Virus record (IMG/VR): IMGVR_UViG_3300045988_156465
Direction: 5' to 3' (one strand)
Origin: a virus
Length of the DNA stretch: 64,000 nucleotides
Positions 40,898-50,379 of this stretch are shown here, piece by piece (positions within the stretch are counted from its first letter, which is position 1; every line of letters starts with the position of its first letter). A model generated the notes under the pieces. That model had not been told where the DNA came from. It was given only the letters and a program-made list of their open reading frames with translations, and did no database searches. The position numbers and the translations under genes were made by a program.

Positions 40898-42737
40898 GTT
40901 TCGGGAATATCAGAAACAGGACTTTCTGGAAGGTACAGAGCCATATGAGGTGCTTTATAAATACATAGACAACCAATTCCTGCTGTCGCAGATGACGGAG
41001 CAAATGGCGGATGTGGCGAAAAAAGCAGGGGTGAAGGGCTTTAAGACCCTGTTCAGAAAATTCTGTCAGGCGAAGAAAAAGGATGCTACGGGGAATTTCA
41101 TTCAGAATGCAACGAATTTTGACGGACAGCCGTTAGAACTGGATTGCGGAAACTGGGTTGCGGATGACAGCGGCATCAGCATTTCCACGCCCCTTGGGGA
41201 CATGCTTGCCTGCATCCACCCGATACTGCCGACCATGCGGCTGATCAATATTGATACGAATACGGAAAAGCTGCAATTATCCTATCGCAAGGGCGGCATC
41301 TGGCGCAAGACCATTGCCGATAAGCGGACACTGGCGGCGGCTTCCTCCATCATCGCCTTGGCGGATGTGGGCGTGGCGGTCAACAGTGAAAATGCAAAAT
41401 GGCTCGTACGGTTCCTGCATGATGCGGAGAATCTCAATTATGAGCGCATCGAGGAGAAGAACAGCGTCGGGCGGCTCGGATGGGTGGAGGGACACGGCTT
41501 TTCGCCCTATGTGGAAAATCTTATTTTTGATGGGGATGCCGCCTGTAAGGGGCTGTTTGAAAGCGTGAAAAGCGGCGGCAGTTATGAAACATGGCTTGCA
41601 CTTGCCGGAGAAGTGCGGCAGGAGAGCCTGTACGGGCGGATTCTGATGGCGGCGGCGTTTGCGAGCGTGCTGGTTAAGCCGCTGAATTGTCTGCCCTTCT
41701 TCCTGCACCTCTGGGGCGGTACGGAGGCAGGCAAGACTGTCGGCGAAATGCTTGCGGCATCTGTCTGGGCGGACCCCAGAGTGGGGCGGTATATCCAGAC
41801 CTTCAACAGCACTGTGGTCGGCAAGGAGCGTGCGGCGGCGTTTGTGGGGAATCTGCCGCTGATTCTGGATGAACTGCAGATTGCAGGCAGTCAGTCCGGC
41901 TTTGATAAGGACATCTATATGCTTTCCGAGGGCGTAGGGCGCACCAGAGGGAATAAGCAGGGCGGCGTTGACCTGACACCCACATGGTCGAACTGCATTA
42001 TCACAAACGGGGAAATGCCTCTGGCATCTGCGGCATCTGGCGGCGGCGCGGTCAATCGTATCATCGAAATCGAGTGCGAGGAGGCGTTGTTCAAAAACCC
42101 GAAACATGTGGCGGATACCCTTCTGGAAAACTACGGCTTTGCCGGGAAGAAATGTCTGGATTGGCTTGCGGGATATGACCCGGACTTTGCGACCGTCAGA
42201 CAGCTTTACCGTATCTATATGCAGGAATTTGATAAGAAGGACACCACAGGCAAGCAGTCCATGGCAATGAGCATGATTCTGGTGGGGGATTATGTGCTGT
42301 CGCAGGCAATCTTCGGGGATGATAAATTTCTGCGCCCTGCGGATGTACAGCACTTTCTGAAAACAAAGCAGGAGGTCTCCGTGCATGAGCGTGCGTATGA
42401 ATATGTTTATGAAACACTGGTTGCCAATAAAAGCCACTTCGGCGAGGCGGAGGACGATCGCAGCGAGGTCTGGGGGGCGAATGATAAATATTATTTTTAT
42501 GTGATTCGCAGCCGCTTTGAACAGATTTGTCGGGATGGCGGATTTAACGCAAAGGCATTGCTTTCATGGATGAAACGGACAGGGAAGATTGAAGTCCCGA
42601 AAAAGGGATATACCAAAATGAAAAGAGTAAACGGCGAACCGATTCATTGCATCTGGCTGATTAAAATGCAGGAGGAAAAGGACGGTTTTGACCAGGTAGG
42701 TCTGGAGGATAAGGATGGAAATGCGTGCCCGTTTTGA
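40890..42737 (+). CDS. DUF927-type replicative helicase/primase-associated protein
   Basis: 615 aa. RLGWVEGHGFSPY and the Walker A WGGTEAGKT. Followed by an iteron array. Confidence 0.65.
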   Translation: MAEFREYQKQDFLEGTEPYEVLYKYIDNQFLLSQMTEQMADVAKKAGVKGFKTLFRKFCQAKKKDATGNFIQNATNFDGQPLELDCGNWVADDSGISISTPLGDMLACIHPILPTMRLINIDTNTEKLQLSYRKGGIWRKTIADKRTLAAASSIIALADVGVAVNSENAKWLVRFLHDAENLNYERIEEKNSVGRLGWVEGHGFSPYVENLIFDGDAACKGLFESVKSGGSYETWLALAGEVRQESLYGRILMAAAFASVLVKPLNCLPFFLHLWGGTEAGKTVGEMLAASVWADPRVGRYIQTFNSTVVGKERAAAFVGNLPLILDELQIAGSQSGFDKDIYMLSEGVGRTRGNKQGGVDLTPTWSNCIITNGEMPLASAASGGGAVNRIIEIECEEALFKNPKHVADTLLENYGFAGKKCLDWLAGYDPDFATVRQLYRIYMQEFDKKDTTGKQSMAMSMILVGDYVLSQAIFGDDKFLRPADVQHFLKTKQEVSVHERAYEYVYETLVANKSHFGEAEDDRSEVWGANDKYYFYVIRSRFEQICRDGGFNAKALLSWMKRTGKIEVPKKGYTKMKRVNGEPIHCIWLIKMQEEKDGFDQVGLEDKDGNACPF

Positions 42738-42743
42738 TGAAGA

Positions 42744-42969
42744 TGTACGAATGTACGACTTGTACGACCGTTTTTTGATATACCTTCTTCTATAAAAAGA
42801 GTGATTGAAAGAATAAAAACAGAAACACACTTTTTTATATATAGGGATGAATTTTGGTTGTACAAGTCGTACAAATCAGAATGACACGCAGGAAACCCAG
42901 TAAAATCAAGGCTTTTAGATGTACGACTTTTAAAAAAATAAATTCGTACAAGGTTGTACAGGTCGCACA
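42744..42969. repeat. TGTACGA/TCGTACA iteron cluster (candidate origin)
   Basis: Three direct copies with 9-bp spacing at 42744, 42752 and 42761. Further copies in both orientations lie at 42859, 42867, 42920, 42944, 42955 and 42962, around an AT-rich core. Confidence 0.7.
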
Positions 42970-43095
42970 TTTTCTATAAGGAATAGTTATTTGAAAAAGA
43001 GTATTGATAAAAAATACAACAATAAAAGCCATGGATAGGCTCTGATGCAAAAATACCATATCCCTTGAAAAAAGCAAGACGAAAGGAGGGATTTC

Positions 43096-43431
43096 ATGCA
43101 CCCGATGACAAAGGATGAATTTCAACAATACCGCCTGTTGGTACAGCGTAAGGGAAAGGCAATGACGATTCCGGCGGAATTGCGCCTGGGAAAATACGGC
43201 GCAGAATATCAGAAAATTGTAACAGCCCTCCGCACGCAGTTTCGACCCTATCTTGCCTATTATATCACAGAAGGGAAGAATAATCTGCGCCATGATGCCG
43301 AAACGGCGGAACGGGTGAGACAACAGAAGGCTATCTTTGCAGGTATTCAGACCGCCCTATATGATGGGGATTTGAAGAAAATGGATAGATATTGCGATAG
43401 GCTGAAAGAGGTGTATCAGCATGAAGGATAA
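43096..43431 (+). CDS. hypothetical protein
   Basis: AAAGGAGGG RBS. 111 aa. Confidence 0.55.
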   Translation: MHPMTKDEFQQYRLLVQRKGKAMTIPAELRLGKYGAEYQKIVTALRTQFRPYLAYYITEGKNNLRHDAETAERVRQQKAIFAGIQTALYDGDLKKMDRYCDRLKEVYQHEG

Positions 43432-43633
43432 ATCAACAGGAAAAGAACGGCTTTATATGGCAGTGACGAGGGATAGGCTCTCCCTTCCGCTTGCGGTGGC
43501 GGACAGTGCTGCGGAGCTGGCAAGGCTAAGAGGTGTAAAGAAGAGGACTGTGTTTAGCGGGATTTGCATAAGCAGGAGGCTGAAGTATCCACGGTATATT
43601 GTGGTGGATGTGGATGACGATTTGCCGTTTTAA
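43421..43633 (+). CDS. 70-aa protein ending in an SSB-type tail DDDLPF
   Basis: MKDKSTGKERLYMAVTRDRLSLPLAVADSAAELARLRGVKKRTVFSGICISRRLKYPRYIVVDVDDDLPF. Confidence 0.6.
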   Translation: MKDKSTGKERLYMAVTRDRLSLPLAVADSAAELARLRGVKKRTVFSGICISRRLKYPRYIVVDVDDDLPF

Positions 43634-43734
43634 GGAATCGCCAGAAAGGGTGCTTGACGTTCAATCATTGCATTGAGCATATAACCGCCAACATAAGAGG
43701 GATAGTATGACAGGAAAATGAAAAGATTAACCGG

Positions 43735-44109
43735 TTGAGAGAAGCAGTAAACCGATTGAGAGGATATACTCCGGCAGAAGATTTCGGGGCGGAAGCAAGG
43801 GCGTGTAAACGTACTGCGGAGGGATTTGGACAGGAAGCAGATTGGCTGGAGGAACTGAAACGCTACAGGGACTTGGAAGAACAGGGGCGGCTGTTAGTGC
43901 TGCCTTGCAAGGTCGGAGATACGGTGTATGAAATCCTCGAAGAAACAGTACCAAACCGATATTTCTATATCGGAGAATATAAGGTGCAGGATGTATCGGT
44001 GAAGGCTGTCAAGTACGCTGGCGAATGGGAACCGTATGATTACGAGAACCTGTATTTCACAAGAGAAGAAGCGGAAGCGGCATTGGAAAGAAGGAGGAGG
44101 GAAAAGTGA
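43735..44109 (+). CDS. hypothetical protein
   Basis: ORF with TTG start and no clear RBS, so the start is uncertain. Confidence 0.45.
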   Translation: MREAVNRLRGYTPAEDFGAEARACKRTAEGFGQEADWLEELKRYRDLEEQGRLLVLPCKVGDTVYEILEETVPNRYFYIGEYKVQDVSVKAVKYAGEWEPYDYENLYFTREEAEAALERRRREK

Positions 44110-44306
44110 TGGGAATGGTTATTTTGGCAATTTTGATAATCGCATACATAATGATAGGGTACGGTCTTTTTCTGAGCATAATCATTGAAGATTATACACA
44201 AAACGTATGGAAACCGATTATTTGTTTTTTATGGATTGTTTCCCTTTGGTTTCCCTATGGTGTTTATAGCTATTTGAAAGAAAGAAGGACAAAGGATGAA
44301 TCTTGA
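44106..44306 (+). CDS. small two-TM membrane protein
   Basis: MMGMVILAILIIAYIMIGYGLFLSIII...ICFLWIVSLWFPYGVY. Confidence 0.5.
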   Translation: MMGMVILAILIIAYIMIGYGLFLSIIIEDYTQNVWKPIICFLWIVSLWFPYGVYSYLKERRTKDES

Positions 44307-44583
44307 TGAGAAAATCAAACAGCACATTCCGCAGGACGAGCTGTTAGCGCAGTTAGCAGAGGAATGTGCGGAGTTATCGCAGGCGGCATTAAAGTTGCGG
44401 CGAGCGTTGACGGGTATCAACCCAACGTCTGTGACGGTGGACGAGGCAAGAAAGAGTCTGGTGGAGGAGGCAGCGGATGTCTACAACGTAATGGGGCTGC
44501 TGTTGGATGCGGAGGACAACGCCGAGATATACAGCATCATTCGGCGGAAAAAGAAAAGATGGCTGAATAGATTGGAGGGGTGA
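44296..44583 (+). CDS. MazG-like nucleotide pyrophosphohydrolase
   Basis: LAQLAEECAELSQAALKL and LVEEAADVYNVMG match the EExxE..ExxD helical motifs. 95 aa. Confidence 0.65.
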   Translation: MNLDEKIKQHIPQDELLAQLAEECAELSQAALKLRRALTGINPTSVTVDEARKSLVEEAADVYNVMGLLLDAEDNAEIYSIIRRKKKRWLNRLEG

Positions 44584-44587
44584 TAGC

Positions 44588-45019
44588 TTGGCGATTGTGA
44601 GGGAGAATGAGGAGAAGAAGCGATACCTAAACGGGTATCGGGATTGCACACGGCGAGAACGGCAGCTACAGGAGCAGATTGAGGAGTTACGCAGTCAGCA
44701 GATGTTTCCGAGTGTGAACCATGACGGGATGCCGCAGGGGAATGCACACAGCGACCTGTCGGGTTATGTGGCGAGGTTGGATGCACTCATCAGCCAACTG
44801 GAGCATGAGCAGGCTATGGCGGTACGGCAGTACAAGGAAATCCATGACAGGATACATAAAATGCAGGACGGGGCGGAGAAGGAAGTGCTGATTCGGCGGT
44901 ATCTGATGGGAAGGACATGGGAGCAGATTGCGGTGGAGATGGATTACAACTACCGTTGGGTATTAAGACTTCACGGGAGGGCTTTAAAAAATTTTGAAAT
45001 TTCTGAAATAAGCCACTAA
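44588..45019 (+). CDS. sigma-70 region-4-like late-gene regulator (candidate)
   Basis: TTG start after GGAGGGG. C-terminal RRYLMGRTWEQIAVEMDYNYRWVLRLHGRALKNF. It lies immediately upstream of terS. Confidence 0.55.
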   Translation: MAIVRENEEKKRYLNGYRDCTRRERQLQEQIEELRSQQMFPSVNHDGMPQGNAHSDLSGYVARLDALISQLEHEQAMAVRQYKEIHDRIHKMQDGAEKEVLIRRYLMGRTWEQIAVEMDYNYRWVLRLHGRALKNFEISEISH

Positions 45020-45087
45020 AAGCCACATCGAAATATGGTATTATGGCATTGTGAAAATATAGATGTTTCATGTTACCTCCTATTTTG

Positions 45088-45113
45088 GGCACTCGGAAAC
45101 GGGTGCCTTTTTC
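45088..45113 (+). terminator. intrinsic terminator directly upstream of terS
   Basis: GGCACTCG GAAA CGGGTGCC (8-bp stem, GAAA loop) followed by TTTTT. Confidence 0.7.
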
Positions 45114-45145
45114 ATTACAAAAAAATTTGAGAAAGGGGCGATAGT

Positions 45146-45610
45146 ATGCCAAAGGAAAAGGCGGAATATCGCCTGACAGAAAAACAGAAACGATTTGCGG
45201 ATGAATACTTGATAGACTGCAACGGAACGAGGGCCTATAAGGCTGCGTATCCAAGCTGCAAAAAGGACAGCTCGGCAGATGCAAATGCAAGAAAGCTACT
45301 CGGAAATGCTCGGATTCGGGAATACATTGATGAAAAGCTGGACGAAATGCACTCTGCGAAAACGGCGGATGCGCAGGAGGTTATCGAGTATCTGACGGCG
45401 GTAATGCGCGGCGAACAGAAGGAGCAGACCCTGCGTCTGATTGGGGATGGGATACAGACGATTAGCGATATTGATGTTTCCGCAAAGGAGCGATTGAAGG
45501 CGGCGGAGCTGTTGGGAAAACGCTTTGGACTGTTTACCGAAAAGGTGCAGATGGATATAAGCCCTGTTACCATCATAGATGATATTCCGAAGGGGGATGC
45601 AAATGTCTGA
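45146..45610 (+). CDS. terminase small subunit
   Basis: This is the E2 terS gene. LTEKQKRFADEYLIDCNGTRAYKAAY...NARKLLGNARIREYI...ERLKAAELLGKRFGLF matches the Terminase_2/P27 pattern. Confidence 0.85.
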   Translation: MPKEKAEYRLTEKQKRFADEYLIDCNGTRAYKAAYPSCKKDSSADANARKLLGNARIREYIDEKLDEMHSAKTADAQEVIEYLTAVMRGEQKEQTLRLIGDGIQTISDIDVSAKERLKAAELLGKRFGLFTEKVQMDISPVTIIDDIPKGDANV

Positions 45611-46835
45611 TTTAACAAAGCTGATTGCGCCCTCCTTTTACGGGGTGCATCATGACATCAAGGCGGGGCGGCACACGCACTACTGGCTGAAGGGCGGGCG
45701 GGGATCTACGAAATCCTCTTTTATCTCTGTGGAGATTATCTTGGGGATGATGCAGGACACCGCCGCCAATGCGCTTGTTCTGCGGAAGGTGGCGGCCAAC
45801 CTAAAGGACAGCGTGTATGAGCAGCTGCTCTGGGCGATTGAGGCATTGGGTGTAGAGCATTTGTGGAAAGCAAAGCTAAGTCCGTTACAGCTTTCGTACA
45901 TCCCGACAGGACAGAGAATACTCTTTCGTGGGGCGGACGAGCCGAAGAAAATCAAATCTACGAAATTCCGAAAGGGTTATTGCAAATACATCTGGTACGA
46001 GGAGGCGGACGAGTTTGCAGGGATGCAGGAAATCCGCACCATCAATCAATCCCTGATGCGTGGCGGCAGCAGTTTTTTTGTATTTTACAGCTACAACCCA
46101 CCGAAAAGCCAGAGCAACTGGGTAAACCGGGAGTGCTTACAGCCGAAGGCAAACCGCTTGGTGCATACCTCTGATTATCGGCGTGTGCCGCCTGCGTGGT
46201 TGGGGGATGCGTTTTTGCAGGAGGCGGAATATCTAAAGGAGCTGAACGAAAAGGCATATCGACATGAATATCTGGGCGAGGTGGTCGGCAGCGGCGGTGC
46301 GGTATTCGACAACGTAACGGTGGAGGAAATCACCGATGCAGAGATTGCAGCCTTCGACCGTATTTACAACGGCGTGGACTGGGGCTTTTATCCCGACCCT
46401 TGGGCGTTCAATCGGATGCACTACGATTCTGCCAGACGGACGCTCTACATCTTCGGCGAGCTGACAAGGCACAGAACGGGCAATGCGGAAACAGCAAGGC
46501 TCCTGCGGCAATATGGTGTGCAGGATACGGATTTGATTACGGCGGACAGTGCCGAGCCGAAAAGCGTTGCGGACTATCGGAGCTATGGGCTGTTCTGCCG
46601 TGGAGCAGTGAAGGGACCGGGGAGCGTGGACTACAGCATGAAATGGTTACAGGCTTTGGTGCGGATTGTGATTGACCCGGTGCGCTGTCCCGATACGGCG
46701 AAGGAATTTTCCGCCTACGAATATGACAGGAACAAGGCAGGGGAGGTCATCAGCGGCTACCCCGACAGAGACAATCACCATATCGATGCAGTGCGCTATG
46801 GAACAGAACCCATCTGGAAAAGGAGGGGGCAGTAA
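45603..46835 (+). CDS. terminase large subunit (PBSX type)
   Basis: This is the E2 terL gene. YWLKGGRGSTKSSF is Walker A. 410 aa, between terS and the portal gene. Confidence 0.9.
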   Translation: MSDLTKLIAPSFYGVHHDIKAGRHTHYWLKGGRGSTKSSFISVEIILGMMQDTAANALVLRKVAANLKDSVYEQLLWAIEALGVEHLWKAKLSPLQLSYIPTGQRILFRGADEPKKIKSTKFRKGYCKYIWYEEADEFAGMQEIRTINQSLMRGGSSFFVFYSYNPPKSQSNWVNRECLQPKANRLVHTSDYRRVPPAWLGDAFLQEAEYLKELNEKAYRHEYLGEVVGSGGAVFDNVTVEEITDAEIAAFDRIYNGVDWGFYPDPWAFNRMHYDSARRTLYIFGELTRHRTGNAETARLLRQYGVQDTDLITADSAEPKSVADYRSYGLFCRGAVKGPGSVDYSMKWLQALVRIVIDPVRCPDTAKEFSAYEYDRNKAGEVISGYPDRDNHHIDAVRYGTEPIWKRRGQ

Positions 46836-48229
46836 TGCGAAATTTTATCACTTGGGTAAAGGGGGTGTTGCAGATGTTTTTTCAGAGAGAAACGATAAAA
46901 AGGGCAGTCGGTGCAGAGGTGGCAATCAGCGCAGGAATGCAGGATGCCATCACGCTCTGGCAGAAGATGTTCTGCAATGAGCCGCCTTGGTTAGATAAGA
47001 ACACAGAAACGCTTGGGTTAGCCGCTGCGGTTGCGTCGGAGATTGCAAGACTGGTTACTGTGGAATTTCACAGCGAAATCAGCGGCAGTGGCAGACGGGC
47101 GGCATTTTTGCAGGAAGGCTATGCTTTTGTGCTTTCCAGACTGAGAGAGCAGACAGAATTTGCGGCGGCAATGGGCGGCTTGGTATTCAAGCCCTACATG
47201 GACGGCGGCAAAATTGCGATTGATTTTGTTCATGCGGACAGATTTATTCCGACTGCTTACAACAGCCGCGGAGAGGTGACGGGTGCGGTGTTTGTGGAGC
47301 GTGTGAAAAAGGGTTGTGCATGGTACACCAGACTGGAAAGCCATCAGCTGACGGATGCGGGCTATACGGTGCAGAATAAAGCCTTTATCTCCTACCAAGA
47401 AGGAGAATTGGGTGTGCCTGCGGCTCTGACAAGCGTGGATGAATGGGCGGATCTGGAAGAAAGCTTTGTCATGGGTTACCGGAACGGGGACACCTTGGAG
47501 CGTCCGCTTTTTGTATATTTCAAGATGCCCTTTGCGAACCACATTGATGCGGAATCCCCTCTGGGCGTATCGGTCTGCGCAAGAGCGGCAGGGCTGATGG
47601 AGCAGGCGGACAGGCAATACAGCCGTATTCTATGGGAGTTTGAAGGCGCGGAGCTGGCAGTGGATGCATCTGTTGGAGCGTTGCAGGCGGATGGGAAAAG
47701 GCTGCCTGTCGGCAAGCAGAGATTGTTCCGCTCTCTGAATCTGGAAAAGGGGACAACCGGGGATTTATACGAGGTATTCAGCCCTGCAATTCGGGACACT
47801 TCCCTGTTTAACGGCTTGAATCAGCTTTTGCGGCGGATTGAGTTTAACTGCAATCTGTCCTACGGCACCTTATCCGACCCACAGAATCAGGAAAAGACAG
47901 CGGAGGAAATCCGCATGAGCAAGCAGCGCAGCTATGCGGCGGTCTGCAATATCCAGAAGTCCTTACAGGCGGCGTTGGAGCATCTGGTCTGGGTGCTGGA
48001 CTACTACACAAGCCTATATCAGCTTGCGCCCGATGGGAAATACGAGGTTACCTTCAACTGGGGGGACGGCGTGCTGACGGACACAGGCGCAGAATATGCA
48101 CAGATGAAGGCTATGGTGGATGCGAACATCCTCAAGCCCGAAAAGCTGTTGGCGTGGTATTTCGGCATTTCCGAGGAGGAGGCAAAGGACTACATTCCTG
48201 CACAGGATACGCTTGAGTTTGGGGAGTGA
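46835..48229 (+). CDS. portal protein (SPP1 gp6-like)
   Basis: 464 aa. ATGA-type coupling to terL. Called on position and size. Confidence 0.8.
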   Translation: MRNFITWVKGVLQMFFQRETIKRAVGAEVAISAGMQDAITLWQKMFCNEPPWLDKNTETLGLAAAVASEIARLVTVEFHSEISGSGRRAAFLQEGYAFVLSRLREQTEFAAAMGGLVFKPYMDGGKIAIDFVHADRFIPTAYNSRGEVTGAVFVERVKKGCAWYTRLESHQLTDAGYTVQNKAFISYQEGELGVPAALTSVDEWADLEESFVMGYRNGDTLERPLFVYFKMPFANHIDAESPLGVSVCARAAGLMEQADRQYSRILWEFEGAELAVDASVGALQADGKRLPVGKQRLFRSLNLEKGTTGDLYEVFSPAIRDTSLFNGLNQLLRRIEFNCNLSYGTLSDPQNQEKTAEEIRMSKQRSYAAVCNIQKSLQAALEHLVWVLDYYTSLYQLAPDGKYEVTFNWGDGVLTDTGAEYAQMKAMVDANILKPEKLLAWYFGISEEEAKDYIPAQDTLEFGE

Positions 48230-48235
48230 TGAGGG

Positions 48236-49999
48236 ATGCTGAAACCCGAATATTTACAGCGTGTGCCGGATGGCATGATAAAGCTGTACGCACAGGCGGA
48301 GGCGGACATACTGGCGGATATGGCAAGGCGTATCAGCACATACGATTACTGGATTCCTGCGGTGGAGCATCAGGCGAAAATGCTTGAGGAGGCAGGGATG
48401 GTGCGAGAGGAGATTCTGGCAAGGCTGAAAACGCTGACGGGCAGAGCCGACAGGGAGCTGCGGCGGCTCATGCAGGAGGCAGGAGGGGTGGCACTGAAAT
48501 CCGATGATGCGGTTTATCGCAGGCAGGGGCTGCATCCGCCGCCTGTTTCGGCATCTGAGGACTTGCGGAAGATATTGCAGGCAGGATATGAGAAAACAGC
48601 GGGTGCATTTCGCAATCTGACGCTGACAACGGCACGCACCGCCGCGCATCAGTTTGCACAGGCACTTGACCGTGCCTATATGCAGATTACGCTGGGCGGC
48701 ATGGATTACAACACAGCCATCCGAAGTACTATCAAGCAGCTTTCCGCCGAGGGCGTGGGGGCGATCCGATACCCGACAGGGCGGACGGATACCATAGAGG
48801 TGGCAGTCAGACGGGCGGTGGTAACGGGCGTGAACCAAACGGCACTGAAATTGCAGGATGCCAGAGCGGACGAAATGGGAGCTGACCTTGTGGAGGTTTC
48901 CGCTCACGCAGGGGCAAGACCATCCCATGCACAATGGCAGGGCGGCATCTATAGCAGGAGCGGGAAAAGCAGGAAATATCCCGATTTTGTGAAAACCACA
49001 GGCTATGGGACGGGCGCAGGCTTGGGCGGATGGAACTGCTCGCATAGCTTTCGCCCGTGGTTCGAGGGCATGAGCCGCACCTACGATAAGGCGCTGCTGA
49101 AGGAATATCAGGCAAAGGACTATGAGTATAACGGCGTAAAAATGACCGAATACGAGGCGTTGCAGGAGCAGCGGAGGATTGAGCGCAGTATCCGCAGATG
49201 GAAACGGGAAAGGAACGCCATGCAGGCCGCAGGACTGGACAGCAGTGAGGCATCCGCCAAGATAACGGAATGGAACAGAAGGCAGAAGGATTTTCTGGAA
49301 CAGACGGGATTGAAGGCGGATGGGATGAGGGTTGCTGTGGGGAAAGGCAGTGTGTTGGATGCGTTTGCGGAAGAAATCCAAGAAACAAGAATTTACAAAG
49401 AGCTAACTCTGGAAGATTTTAAGGGGTTAAAACATTCCATTACAAAAGAAGAACGTAGAATCATCTATGGGCGCAGCCACTTTAGTGGATATATCAATTC
49501 CAGTAATGCCAGAAAAATAAATATGGCAATCAGAGAAGGGAAGGAATTGGATTCCGAATATCAGAATATCGCAGAAACATTACAGAGTGTAATTAACAAA
49601 AACAAAGTGGATTGTGATATAATGGTCTACAGATACGTTGATGATGATGCTCTGGAATCTATCACAGGCATAAAAGCACCTGTTGCAACATTGAAGATGA
49701 GCAGTGAGGAGTTCTTCGGCAAGGTAAGAGATACTGCGAGGATGATAACGCTCGGGCACGAATATACAGAAAAAGGGTTTTTATCCACAAGCGGTGTTTT
49801 GGATAAAAATGTGATGTCCCGAAAGAACGTCTTTTTGCGAATAAAAGTCAAAAGTGGAACGAATGCGTATATATCAACAAACAATAAAGAAAGCGAAATA
49901 ATATTTGGACGGAATACAAAGTTGAAAATTACAAAAGCAAGCTTAGAAAATGAGGGTGCATATAATTTTAAATATGTACTGGATTGCGAAATGGAGTGA
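48236..49999 (+). CDS. minor head protein (SPP1 gp7/Mu F-like) fused to a C-terminal ADP-ribosyltransferase domain
   Basis: The N-terminal two-thirds include GGWNCSHSF, as in gp7/MuF proteins. The C-terminal approx 200 aa carry VYRYV (R466), FLSTSG (S517-T-S519) and ESE (E552-x-E554), the R-STS-ExE triad. Confidence 0.8.
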   Translation: MLKPEYLQRVPDGMIKLYAQAEADILADMARRISTYDYWIPAVEHQAKMLEEAGMVREEILARLKTLTGRADRELRRLMQEAGGVALKSDDAVYRRQGLHPPPVSASEDLRKILQAGYEKTAGAFRNLTLTTARTAAHQFAQALDRAYMQITLGGMDYNTAIRSTIKQLSAEGVGAIRYPTGRTDTIEVAVRRAVVTGVNQTALKLQDARADEMGADLVEVSAHAGARPSHAQWQGGIYSRSGKSRKYPDFVKTTGYGTGAGLGGWNCSHSFRPWFEGMSRTYDKALLKEYQAKDYEYNGVKMTEYEALQEQRRIERSIRRWKRERNAMQAAGLDSSEASAKITEWNRRQKDFLEQTGLKADGMRVAVGKGSVLDAFAEEIQETRIYKELTLEDFKGLKHSITKEERRIIYGRSHFSGYINSSNARKINMAIREGKELDSEYQNIAETLQSVINKNKVDCDIMVYRYVDDDALESITGIKAPVATLKMSSEEFFGKVRDTARMITLGHEYTEKGFLSTSGVLDKNVMSRKNVFLRIKVKSGTNAYISTNNKESEIIFGRNTKLKITKASLENEGAYNFKYVLDCEME

Positions 50000-50003
50000 T
50001 TCT

Positions 50004-50330
50004 GTGAACAAAGAAAAAAAGGTATTTATCGATAATCTGTGGATGGAATCTGACTTAGGAAAATGGTGTTTGCTGATGTCTGAAGGAAAAACGGAGGACG
50101 CAGACGGTATTGTGCGTGATATTGTAGCATTCACGGGTGCAAAGACCTATATGGGTGCCGTCCGGATGAAGGAAAAAGAGGTTTCCGAAAAAATGATTGC
50201 TGCATTTAAAGATTTGAATGAGTATAAAGAATATATGCTAAGCATAGAGGCAGAAAATGCTGACCTTGTAGGCGTTTTGATAGCGTATGACATTTTTGCG
50301 GATTTAGAAGATACTTTAACTCAAAAATAA
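50004..50330 (+). CDS. hypothetical protein (candidate ART partner/immunity)
   Basis: GTG start 8 nt after GGAG. 108 aa. It lies in an AT-rich cassette. Confidence 0.5.
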   Translation: MNKEKKVFIDNLWMESDLGKWCLLMSEGKTEDADGIVRDIVAFTGAKTYMGAVRMKEKEVSEKMIAAFKDLNEYKEYMLSIEAENADLVGVLIAYDIFADLEDTLTQK

Positions 50331-50379
50331 GGAATGCCGCAGGACGAGGCTCACATCAAAGCATCCGGAAAGTATAATT

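Noticed and set aside
41277-42437. Long minus-strand ORFs in the GC-rich half of E2: 386 aa here, and also 48254-49381, 51615-52637, 54227-55279, 55991-56659 and 58472-59644.
   Set aside because: Each lies entirely antisense to a plus-strand gene with recognisable motifs and synteny (helicase, gp7-ART, capsid, tail, tape measure). Their products are Arg/Cys/His-rich and low-complexity, with no RBS. These are typical shadow ORFs of GC-rich coding DNA.
44814-45290. Minus-strand ORF with a strong-looking RBS (TAGGAGGTAACATG at about 45082).
   Set aside because: It overlaps about 200 nt of the plus-strand sigma-like regulator gene in antisense and crosses the terS upstream terminator. Its product is Pro/Ser-rich with no recognisable features. 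It is kept only as a remote possibility.
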